A stretch of DNA of 64,000 nucleotides from Vicugna vicugna (lineage: Eukaryota): the NCBI GenBank assembly GCA_013265495.1, contig MU057719.1:620001-684000 (forward strand). Direction: 5' to 3'. The first letter of the stretch is position 1. The number at the start of each line of letters is the position of its first letter. Positions 25,001 through 37,000 of this stretch are shown piece after piece. The notes beneath the pieces are model-generated. The model was not told the DNA's origin. It did not search any database and was given only the letters and a program-made list of their open reading frames with translations. The position numbers and the translations under genes are program-made.

Positions 25001-28000
25001 TACCAGCCCCAACCCTGCCCATGGAACCTGCGCCCAGGGGCGGGTCCTGAGCTGAGGGTCCCATCCCTCCCAGCTGCCAGCCATGGCGGCATTCCTACAT
25101 TCTCCTTTCTCCCATCGTGACCCCAAGGGGCAGAGACCAGATGGGGACAGTGAGGCCCAGAGTGGGGCAGACACCTGTCCCGGGTCACACAGTTTCAAAA
25201 GACCCAGCCTGGGTGGGAGGTGTGGGGACTTTATGCCAAAGTCCTCCTAACTTCGATCCTTGCTGCCTCTTCTGCACCCCCTGCCCCACTCCAGCCATAA
25301 GCCTCTAGAGTCTCCCCCCGCGCAGAGGGCACAGAGCCTTCTTGGCGGTTGCATGGTGATTTCTGATCCCAGAGAAACACCTCACCCTGGGATTCTCCTG
25401 CACCTGGAGAGGCCCCGCCCTGTTTAGCTGCAGCCACGAGCACCCATGTGCTTGAGCTCGGGGAGGGGAAGGGACTTGAGCCTGCCTGCCTCGCCGGCGC
25501 CAACACCCCTCTGCATTGTCTTGGTTTGGGGGATGAGTTGGGGGTGGGTGCCCAGCCTAGGGCGGCTGGACCGGCAGCCAGAAGGTCTGAGATGGTTCTG
25601 AAAGGTTTCAGAGCTGCTGCAGTCAGGGGCTGGCTGAGCCCTGGGTCTGGCGAGGCGCGGGCACCGTGGCTTCATCCTGGGGGCACCAGCCGGCTGGACG
25701 GGGCAACTGCGGGGGGTCGGCCCGGCTCCCCGTGAGGCGCCCACATCCCCGTGAGATGCTGCTGTGCTGCCTCTGTCCACACTCGGGGAAGCTGCACTCA
25801 CTGAGGGCTTGACATGCTCCAGGTGGACGGGGAGACGTCAGGCCTGCTTGTCACCCAGGGCACCACCTCCCAGAGTAGGAGTCTGTCGGTTCCTCCCTTA
25901 CCGTGACTGCGGGCCCAGCGCCCTGATCCGGGAGGGTCCAGCGGGTCAGCCCAGACCCCCTGGGCCCCACCTCAGGCCACTCCGGCCGAGTGGAGATCCA
26001 GCAACCGCGCCGTCTCCTCCGGGGTGGAGGATGCTATACACGCCCACCGGCCCAACACGGCTCTCCAGCTTTGCCCGTGGACACTGCCCTCTGGTGGCCA
26101 CGTGTCCTTTGCACAAGGGAACTGGACAGTGCCTTTCTCTCGGCATTTTTTTCCCCTGATTTTAAAAGTCACATACTTATTTATCAAAAAACGAGAAGAA
26201 GAGAGAGAAGAAATAAAGAAGAAAATAACGAGCACTTGTGAACGTACCAAGAAATAACCAAAGGTGCCATTTTGGTGTAGTTCTTGTCAGGTGTTCTTAT
26301 TTTTAAACAGTCTTTCTGATCTTGTTTAATGGGATTACTAAGTACCCATTTTCCGTAGCAAGTATAGAGAAAGGTAAAGCAAGAGATAAAATCGACGTAT
26401 GATGGCAGCAGGCAAAAACAACCCCCGCTAGCCGTCACCTGCATTCAGCCTTTTTTGCAAATGCATGTGCCCCCCCCCCCGCCCGCCCACGATCTTTTTT
26501 TATGTTTGTGTGTTTTCATGATACCTATAGTTGGGGCCTTACCAGATAGGCAGTCGTGTATCTTTTGAAAGCTGAAGTTATCGGCTTCCTCCCCGTGTCA
26601 CTGACAGCCCTTGCTGGGCACCTGGTTTTATTTTAAGGCGCCCGTGGTTCCCCCAAGGGCATATGCGTGACTCCCTTCTTTGCTGCTCTGGGGGGGACCT
26701 GCCCCGCCCCGGCCACTCCTGGTTTCTCCCTCGGCAGAGCCCAGGCTGCTTCCTCTCCGATCCACACTCTTATCTTTCATTCTGGGCTCAGGCGGCATTC
26801 CCGCCTCGTCAGCTCCACCTCGGGACTGTGCCAGCAACCCATGCCAGGGCCCATTTAACCATTTGCTGCCCCCAGAGCCAGGATGTCCCAGGGAGATGCC
26901 GGCTGCTCCCAGAGCCCCTCTCCCGGGGAGGCCCTTGTCAGGGCTGAGCCTCACTGTTGCCTTCCCTGTGGGCACCAGCTGCTCGGCCTGACCCTCCCCG
27001 CCCAATGCCCGACACCTGGCACCTCTGTCTGCTGGGTCTGTCTGCGACTCTGAGTGTTAGATGGTGTTGAAGTCACATCAGCCACACGTTGTGGTGCTGG
27101 CTTTGTCCGGTGGTGAAGTGGCAGTCCGCTTGTCAGATGGCTGGGGCCCTCCCTGGCACTGTGTCCTCCCCTGGGGTCACCCCAGGGCAGGTGGAAAGAA
27201 TCTTTGGAAAGCCTGCCTTCCATCTGATGAGCTGAGGTGCTGCGTGTCCGTGAGTGAGCATGCTGGAAAACAGGGTAGCATGCCTACTGACACCTCCTGT
27301 CCCTTGCCCACGGCAGGCATCACTAATCAATTACGGAAATCCTCCCTTTGAGCCCAGGTTCCACCCAGGATCAGGCTGTTGGAGCAGAGCTGGCTCATGC
27401 AGGAAAACTGATTTTCCATTGGGTCTGATACTTGGTCTGCGTTCTCCCGTGGGCCCCCAGAGCTCGGGGTTTCCCCTCAGAAGTCATTGAGGGACATCGT
27501 GGTCATGTGGTGGTCACCTGCCAAACTTGTCTACAACCTGTGTCTGAAACGAAGGGCCTTGAAGCTCCCTTCACTCCCACACCCAGGCACACCCCTCGGC
27601 GCCTGCCTTGCGGGTGATAGGCCCCCAGTCCTCGGTGTTGGCCGCTTGCCCTCTGACCCGGATGTGCTTCCTTTTCAGGTTCTCCTGCAGACCTGGTGAG
27701 TCCGCCAGACCGCTCCCTTCCCACTGCCCTGCAGCCTGTGCAGCCCTGTGCCTGGAGCCAGAAAGACTCAACCCTTCTGGCCCTCACGCTCCGGGGCCAG
27801 GCGGGCTGGCAGGGCCCCTGGGGGTTGCGAGGGGCCTTTGTTTTCCTTCATGGACATCAGCAGACATGGGTCCCCGTGCACGGCCTCCTGGGCCCTGATG
27901 GCGGTCTCCCTGCCCGGCTGTCCAGTTCTGCCTGCAACCGCCCCCCGCCCCCATCCTGATTTGGCTTTGAGCCCTCTCTTTGGCTGACTTGGGGTTGCAG

Positions 28001-31000
28001 TCCCTGAATTCACCTGTAGGGTGTGGATGCCATGTCCCTTAGCTGTGGGGTCCTGTCAAATTAACCAGCACTTAAAGGGCTCCTGCTAAGCCCTATATGG
28101 GGCACAGAGATGCCCTCGTGGAGGAGGGAGGGCAGAATTTAGTGCAGGCAGCAGGACATGTCCCAGACAGACGACAAGCCCCAGGCAGGGAGGCCTTCGG
28201 CTGGGGTAGTCAGGGCAGGCTTCCTGGAGGAGGTGGGAGTTAATGGTGAGGGATAGGATGGGGAAGGGGAGGGAAGTCCCAGCACTGCGGAGGGGCCCAA
28301 GGGCAGAGGGCATAGGTAGGAATAGTGTCACATGGGGAAAAGGTTGTCACACAGGGAAAGAGGGTCACATATGCCTGTGAGTGTCCAGTACGTGTCCGTC
28401 TCCTCCCCGCTTCCTGCCTTGACCCTTCTGCCTGGGGTGTGGGGGGAAGGGAGTGTCGATGCTCTGGCAGCCTTCCCTCCTCACTGTCCTCTGTCCTTGT
28501 CCTCACAGGACGCCTCTGGAGCAGGACCAGGTGAGTCTGCGGGACTTGGGCCTCCTCTGCTATTGTCCGTGTCCACGTCCCCCAGGAGCCGAGCCTGGGC
28601 CTGGCCAGAGTGGCCGTCAGCTTTGCCCAGTGCTCTGCGCTCCAGGCTCCCCGGGTGTGTGCCGCCCTCTGACCCCATCTCCTCCGCGGCCGCCGCCCCC
28701 GGAGCCTTCTTAGTTTCTGATGGTGCAGTGCCGGGTGTGGGGACCGGGCCCAGCCTGCAGGGGTCAGGGTCCCTCTAGCCCAGGAGAGGCCCTGAGCTGC
28801 AGCCAGAGACCCCGAGCAGAGTCCAGACATCAGGACGCTGCTAGTGTCACCTCGCCATTGTCTCTGTCCCCTTGAGTCCCCGTTGCTCTGCAGTAGGAGC
28901 GGGGCCTGGGAGTGCCGAGAGCCAGAAGCCTCGTGTGTCACACGGCCCGAGCACTGCTGGACAGAGTCTAAGCTACTCACGGACACAGACACCACACAAA
29001 GCAGCTGTTGCTGCTGCCGGGGCGACCAGCCCTGACAGGCGCGGGCCCACGCGGGGCGGGGCCGCTCAGAGCAGGGCTCGGTCCAGGGGCGGCTGCAGGT
29101 TCTCGGGGCGCTCGGCTGGGTCCCCAGGTCCACCCAGAGCTGCCCCTTGGCAAGTCGCTGAGCCCAGCCCGCGCCTCTGACAGGAGGGGTTGCCCGTCTC
29201 CGCTCCGCGTGGCTGACCCCCAGTCACGGATCTGAAAGGCGTCTGGGTGGAAACACACAGGGTGCTGTTTAAAACTAGACTGCTGTTTACCAAAACGAGA
29301 CGCTGAATGTGTTAATCACATAAATAGTTTACTTCTGACATTTAACTAAGGGACGTGTGAGTCTTGTGGGAAGAAGGTAGGGAGGGGCGGTACAGGCCCC
29401 GCCCACTCGTCCAGGAGCCCTGAGAAGGCCGCGGGGGCCAAGGCCAGCCTTGGGTGGGCTGCCACGAGGACAGAGTCACCACCACATCCCTCTGGCCCTG
29501 TCGTCCGCAGGTCCCAAGATGGTGGCCGTGCAGAATTACCACGGCAACCCTGCTCCCCCGGGCAAGCCGGCCCTGACCTTCCAGACGGGCGACGTGATCG
29601 AGCTGCTGAGAGGGGACCTCGAGTCTCAGTGGTGGGAGGTGGGTACTGGGCCTGGAAGGGTTGGGGTCCCCCCCCTGCCCCCTCTGCTTCCCCACTCCCC
29701 CGGGCAGGGGCCGGTTTGGGGCATAAGACCACCGGGGTGGAGAGGCGTGGGCTGTCAGCAAGGCCGGAGGCCTCGGGGTGTTTGCTTGGACGGGGTAGGG
29801 AGAGGCCCTCCTCCTGGTGTCCAAGCCCCTTCCCCACGGTTTGCCTCCTGCCTTCGCTGGGTCCTGCACACCATCCCCAAGGCTCCACCCAGGCCACGCC
29901 ACACCCTCCCGGCTCACACCCCACCCCAGCTCAGGCCAGCATCACCATGCTTGGCACCATGGCCGAGAACCCCCAGCGCCCTCCCCTAGGAGCCCATCTG
30001 GTGCAGGGGACAAACGTGGACTCAGACAGGTCCGCGTGGTGGTTTACGGTTCTGAGCCGTGACACCTACTGTTCTGGGTGTGAGGCCCAATAAAGTGGAG
30101 CCATCAGCACCGCCCCTCTCCCAGGTGCCGGAGCTCCAGGGAGCCTGAGGCCCCCGCGGGTCTGCACGGTGCCATGGGAGCCCGGGGCGCTTACCTGGCC
30201 TGGGCGACCAGGGCTGCCCTGCTCGGGGCCGACGCCGGTGCCGGGAGCTGGCCCGGGTGCTGTCACTGTTGTCATTGTTGTTGCGTGGCGGGCCTTGTCA
30301 CTACATGTTTACTTATGAACTTACTGTGCTAGACTGTGCCTCATAACGGGAGATTTGGGAGCTGAGAAGGCCTCTGTGGTACCACGCCTGTCCCACGCTG
30401 ACCCCAACCACCAAGTTCCCCTCCCCAAGTGTGACCAGGGCCATCAGGTTTGGGTGGCCTTGCAGAGACGCTTTGCCGATGTGAACATAGGGGGCTGAGG
30501 GGGAGGGTCTTCCAGGCAGAGGGAACAGGGATATGAAGCAGCCGCCCCCAGACCCTCCGAGGCCGCACTGCGTTTTGCTGACCCCCCGTCCACGCGCCCC
30601 TCATGGCTTGGGCAGGGCTGGTGTGGTTAAGAGAAAAGGCCTGGCCGGAGATGGGTCTCGGTCCCAGTGCCAAGCAAGTCGTGCACCTTCTCTGGGCCTC
30701 AGTGTCCTTATCTGTGAAGTGGGGACGCCCCTCACCTTCCTGCCCAAAATGGTTGTGAGGTCAGCTGAGGTCACAGCAGGGCCATGATGCTGTGACAGGC
30801 TTGTCAGGAACACCCCTTGTCCTCCTTAGGAGAAGCTGAGTGCTAACAAAAACCCTGCTCCTCGCCCCGCCACGGGCCAGGCCAGGTCCCGCTGGCCCTG
30901 ATCATCTGTCCCCTTCCAGGGTCGGCTGGTGCAAACCAGGAAGTCAGGTTACTTCCCGAGCTCATCCGTGAAGCCCTGTCCCGTGGATGGAAAGGTGAGT

Positions 31001-34000
31001 GCTTCCCGCAGAAGCTTCTGGACACGGAGGCCAGGGTGTCGTGGGTGCTGAGAGCTGTCTCCTCACTTGGGACGTCCTGGACTTGTTCAGGCCGCTGGGA
31101 GCTGGCCCCGGAGCTGCGAGGGGGTCCCCTGCCCAGAGAGGAGATGGGTGGGGGGCCAAGGTGCAGGGGTGCCCTCCTGTGGGGAGAACCCGGCCAGTGA
31201 GTTGTCATAATTCATCGTGGTTTTAAAAACTAAAAGGGCATCTCTGTAGCAGGTATGACGGAGCAAAACCCAGCTGCCTTTCTCCGAATCTCAGGATCAT
31301 TTATATTCCAAACAAGGATCCGGGCTAGATGTTAGGACATTTGGGAAAAAGGCAGTATGGCGTCCCTTCCGTCCAGGTGCTGCAGAGCAAGTAACTCCTG
31401 TTAGAAAAGGCACCAGGCCGTCAGCCTTGAATGTGCTGCGCCCCCAGCCCTGCGCCCCAAGAGGAAAGGCAGCTCAAAGTAAGGCAGTGAGACTTCTCCC
31501 GAAGGGGCAGGGGCGGGTGTCTGACCCCAGGCAGCCCGGCTCCGCCCACCGGGCCCTGCCCGGCCTCTGGCCCCGCGGCCCAGTTGAAGGAGAAAGCGTT
31601 TTGGACAGGCTTTGCAGACAGGTCAAGGGGACCAACAGCAGAGGAGGAAGAGTGTCACTGACTCACGGGGTAGGCTGGCAGGTGCTCTGCCCTGGGCCTG
31701 CTTCCCCGTCTGCACGGTGAATGGGGTGGGGAGTAGTCCGCAAGGCTTTACCCAGCCTGGGGCCCAGTGAGGGGAGGCCACGATGGGGGCGCTGGCCGGC
31801 GAGGCCCAGCGTGGGGTCTGGAGGGCTCCAAGGCTTGCCTGCACACGTGGCCTTCCACCTGCAGGCCAAGCCGCCCAGTGCCGGTCCTCGGGGCGGCAGG
31901 CAGCAGGGAACTCGAGCTGTGGGACGTGCTCCTGTCCACTGCTGAGGTCCCAGCAGGCTTCAGGCCGCTCCCCTCCCTGGGGATGAAGTGCACTGTTAGT
32001 TGGATGCTATTCGTTCATTCTCTCATTCCTTCCGTCCTTCATTCAATCAATCAAACCCACTGAGCATCTACACAGAGATGGTGAGTCCCAGCTGCTGCCC
32101 TCAGGGACCTCCCACTCCAGTGGCTCTGGGCCTGAGTCCACAGAAATCCTGGTAGCCAGCGCTGGGCCCCAGGGTCGGGCCACCGATGACAAGATGCCGC
32201 AGGTCCCCACCCTGTGGACAGCCCCTGGGGAGACATTAACCCGAGCGTTCTCTCCTGCCAGCCGCCCATCAGCCGGCCGCCCTCCCGGGAGATCGACTAC
32301 ACCGCGTACCCCTGGTGAGTGGGCCAGCGGGGCCCCTTCGTTGTGGGGATGTGTTCCCTCCAAGGCCCTGGGCAGGCTGTCTCCAAGGCTGAGCCTCGCT
32401 TTGCACAGCCCCCTTCTCCCCTCCTCGCTCTGAATCCCTGGGAGCCTGGGGGAAATCTTTTCTACCCCGAGGCACCTGTTTCCGCATAGATAAACAGATC
32501 ATCAGGTTCGAACATCTGGGAGAATGAAGCCCCTTTTTAACGGGATCTTACTTGCGCTTCATCGTATAAAATATACGAGGAGGTGTATTTAAGGCCAAAA
32601 TGATAATTGCGTATTTACGCACACAGAGCTTGTTGAGAGCAGGGGGCTGTTTGATTAGTAAAACATGACAGTGGACGTGCTGGGTGTGAGTCTCGGATGC
32701 TGGTTGGCCGCGGGCTCACCGGCTGCCTGGAAATGACTGCCCGCAGTGCCCGCGGCTCCCTGTAGAAATGCGCCCCGCGGCGGCCCCAGAGCAGTGGGCC
32801 CCTCACCCAAGGAAGGTCTCCCCTCATGGTTTTCGGTTTGGGGTTCATCCCTGAAGCCACTCCGGGACCCCTGTGCCCAGCAGTGAAATGTGCCTGCAGC
32901 CTCAGTGTCCCCGGCCTCCCTGGCACTGAGGCTCAGCCCCGTGCATGTCTGTGACCCACAGATGTGTTCAGTGCGTCGCTCACTCTGCACTTGGGTCTAA
33001 TGCGGAGGGCGGAGGGCTGACCTGGGACTCTCACTTGATGGGGTAACGCTCAGCTCAGAACTCTGGGATGCATCTGCTTGCAAAAGTCCCAGTTCAGCCT
33101 GGCAGGGAGTAGCAAATGGGGACACGCTTTGTTCCCGAGGCAAGGGTGGGGGTGGGCTTCACTCCCATAGAGCTGGAAGAAAAGCGTCGCGTCAGCCCAC
33201 CCGGAACTCACTGACGGAGATGGTGGTGGTCTCCCGTGTGTTGCGACACAGAACAAAACCCCACAGGCGGCGTTTCTATTCGCTGCTTTTTAAGTAGTGA
33301 AAACTTGCAGAAGAGGCCTGATGTAACGTCTGTTACGCTGAATGCCTCTTGCAGGCCCAGGGTTCTGGAGGGCGGAGGCCCTAGGGAACCGGCCGAGGTC
33401 TGGGGTCCTCGCCTCTCCCCAGCCGTCTTCCTCCTTGCGGGCTGTGCGCATGCGCGCGGGTGCCCGGCCCCGCTCGCCCCGCCTCCTGGGGGCGTGGCCT
33501 CGTGTCGCAGCTGGCTCTTCCGCGGGGCGGGGCTGTGGCCCGGGCGGGGTGCCCTTGAGGCCGTGTCTGTGAGCAGGCCCCGTTCCTCTGCTCCAGGTTT
33601 GCCGGCAACATGGAGAGGCAGCAGACCGACAACCTGCTCAAATCCCACGCCAGCGGGACCTACCTAATCAGGGAGCGGCCGGCCGAGGCGGAGCGCTTTG
33701 CCATTAGCATCAAGTATGTGGAGGCGGGGGGCGGGGGGGTCAGGGAGACCCTCCCCCAGTGCCGTTCTGAACCGCGCCGCCGTGCGCTTGGCCCAGGTTC
33801 AACGAGGAGGTGAAGCACATTAAGGTGGTGGAGAAGGACAGCTGGGTGCACATCACTGAAGCCAAGAAATTCGAAAGCCTCTTGGTAGGTGACCCCGGGT
33901 CTCCCGTGGCCTGGCCCTGAGGGCGAAAGGAGGACCCACGCCTCCCACCGCAGCCGTGCCTGCAGGCTGGCCTTGCAGGGGGGAGTCCCGCACCCCTGGG

Positions 34001-37000
34001 CTGGGGCGCAGTGTGGGAAGGGTCCAGGGAAACTGGTCTGGAAGGCACCTGGGAACAGCTAGGGCCTCCTTACTGCCCCCCACGTCAGGACTTCATCCCC
34101 CAAGTCCCATGGAGGACAGTGAGGGCCACCAGCACCCCAGCGCGTTCACCCGAACCTTCTGTCAGAACCAGAAACTGAGGCCCAAGGAGGCTCCAGGGCC
34201 TGGCTGCCAGCCAACCTCGCACATCCGTGGCTTCCAGTGCCCACCTGCCACTGTCCCAGCCCAGCCAGAAAGCTCTTAAAGGCATTGTTCTTCTTAAGAT
34301 GATCTTAAAGTGTGTCTTTGCCTAATTACACGTGAGCCCATGGGACTAGAGCGTGTAAGCTCTCAGACGCCCCGCAGTGGCCACAGAAGAGCGCACAGTC
34401 CCCCCCAGACCCAGTGTCCTCATCTCAGGGCGAGTCCTCGCCACCTCTGAGTGCAGCCTGGGGGTGGCTTATATGTTCCCTTCTCAAACCAAGCCACGGC
34501 CATGCTGGACCCAAGGCTCAGTCTACTTCTCGACATCAGTGAGGAGGTTCTCTTCTTGCTCCTGCTGCAGCCGCCTGGCGTTCGGGCACGTGGATACGCT
34601 GGGATTCCTAGAAGCACTTCCCTGGCGTTGGATGTGTAGGGGTTTCCAGTTTTCCTCCATTGTCAAGTGTGCTGCAGGGAGCATCTGTGTCCATCTATCT
34701 CAGCATTCTTTCCTGATTTCTTTTTAGAAATGTTTGGGAGAGAAATTTCAGGATCAGAGGCCTTCGTGATACTGACCACCCACCCCTGGTCTGGGTGCTG
34801 GTGGCAGGGAGAGGAGGAAGGGTAGTCCTTAGTGGTCAAGGAGATTAGTCCCCCGGGTGTGAACCTGAGGAGGTGGGAGAGGGAGGGCAGGGCACCTGGA
34901 GGCGGTGGCAGCGGTCAATGAGTGTGTGCATCCTGCAGGAGTTAGTTGAGTACTACCAGTGCCACTCGCTCAAAGAGAGCTTCAAGCAACTGGACACCAC
35001 GCTCAAGTACCCCTACAAGTCACGGGAACGCTCAGCCTCCAGAGCCTCCAGCCGGTCCCCAGGTAAGGCCGGGGGCTGGGTGTGAGGAAGGCTTCCCGTG
35101 GGCTTTGCTGACCTAAGCCAGGAGCCTCTTCCCGTTTCCCACCCCTGGGAACAGTGGTCCCGGCCCCGTAGCTCTTCACAACTCCCTCTTGAGCCAGGGT
35201 GCCCTGGTGGCCCCCCGTGACAGGTGGGGAGTGCCCACTCTGAGTTGTTTGCTCCAAGTCTTGGTGCCTCTGCCTGGAGGTCAGCGTGCAGAGAGAACAG
35301 GACAGGTCCCTTCTGTCCTCAGATATGTGGCTGTGCCCCAGCTCCCCAGGGGCCGCCACTGTGGTGGAGCCAGAGTCAGGACGTCTGTTTGCAGATGGGG
35401 CTCCAGGGGCCAGAGGGAGGGAGGGACAGGGTGGGCCCAGGGTCTTTGGCATCCAGCCCCCCGCTCTGACTATGAGCCAGCTTGCTTCCTCCTGCAGGGG
35501 CCTGCAGGACCACGGGTCCCACCCGGGCAGAGCAGTCCAGGCGAGGAACAGTAGGCCTTTAGGGGGCATCTGCTGCGAGCTGGGCGAGGGGCTGGGCAAT
35601 TTGCACGTGTAGTTTCCTGGGTCCTCACTCGGGCCCGCCCGCTGGGAGGAGGCGGTCCAGGAAACAGGTGCAGGAGGTGGCCGAGCTGCGCCTGTGCCCG
35701 GGTGGGCCTCGAGGCCCGTGCTGTCCCGCCGCCCCCCTGGGTCCCCGTCCCCACCGCCTGAGGCCGCGCCTGGGACCCCGTGCGGATGCTCCTCTGGACT
35801 CCTCTTTCACATTCTCTCTCGCCTCTTTGCAGCTTCCTGCGCTTCCTACAACTTTTCTTTTCTCAGTCCTCAGGGCCTCAGCCTTGCTTCTCAGGGCTCC
35901 TCTGCGCCCTTCTGGTCAGGTACCGCTGCCGTTCGGGGCGTGGGGGGGCCCGGCCTGTCGCCAGCTGCCTGGCGGGCCTGGCACGGGGCTGCCTGCCGGC
36001 CCACAGCCCCTGCCTGGATGGGCCCACAGCTGCCCGCAGCCTCTTGTGGGGCGGAGGGGGAGTGGGACAGGAAAGGAAGTGGCTCGGGAGGGGGCAGGGG
36101 CAGGGGGGCTGCTGCAGCACCTGTGGACAGTCAGGCTTGGCGCTGCCCTCACCTGACATGCTCACCCCTGTGACCACTCAGCTTATCAGCCACTGTCCCC
36201 CATTGCTCACTGGGGCTTTGCCTCTGGTAGCAGCAATCAGCCAGCAGCCATTCTGGGGGGAGGGTGGGAGCAGACCTGGGGCGGGCCCCCCGTGGCGGCA
36301 GTAAGGAGCACTTACAGACTTGGGTGCAGGGGAACAGGCCTCCAATGGCCCTCACTGCGCGGCCCTCTGCTGCCAGAGTCACAGCCCTCCCGCAACTCCT
36401 GCCATGTTTGCCCTCCCCTCATGGCCATGCTCATCTGCCTGTCGGGGCTCCTCGGCCCTGGGCCAGGCTGCTCCAGCTGGGTTTCCAATTTGGTTTGGGC
36501 TCTGGAACTGGAGATACGAGGGAGGTCAGGCACTGGTGCCATGGGGTCCAGTTCCAGGCACTTTGTCAGGGTGAAGGCTGGGAGCTGGGCAGAGGTCGCT
36601 CAGCTGTCTGCTGGCCACGTGATGCCCATGCACTGGGCACACAGGAAGGCCCCGCAGGAGCAGGTCCGAGCGGCGGCATCTGCTCTCCTCCCCACGGGCA
36701 CGCTTGCTGCCTGTGACGGCCCCTCTTGTGGTGGCCAGGCTCCGACCTCCTTGTCAGTGGAGCTCGGATAGGCCATGTCTCTCAGGGGCCCTGGGGTTAG
36801 AGCCTGGTCTGTCCCCCCAGGGCCTCTCTGCTTGGCGGCCTCCTCTGTGGGCACAGGGCCGGGCGCTGGGAGAGAGACCCGGCTTGGCCCGAAGGACCCC
36901 AGCCCTGCAGCCCTGTGATGCCACCCATCTCCCCCAGCAGTGTTCACGCCCCGCGTCATTGGCACGGCCGTGGCCAGGTACAACTTCGCCGCCCGGGACA

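Noticed and set aside
30089-30094. Intronic AATAAA (also 9601 and ~26214)
   Set aside because: No adjacent GU/U-rich downstream element, or inside A-rich repeat relics.
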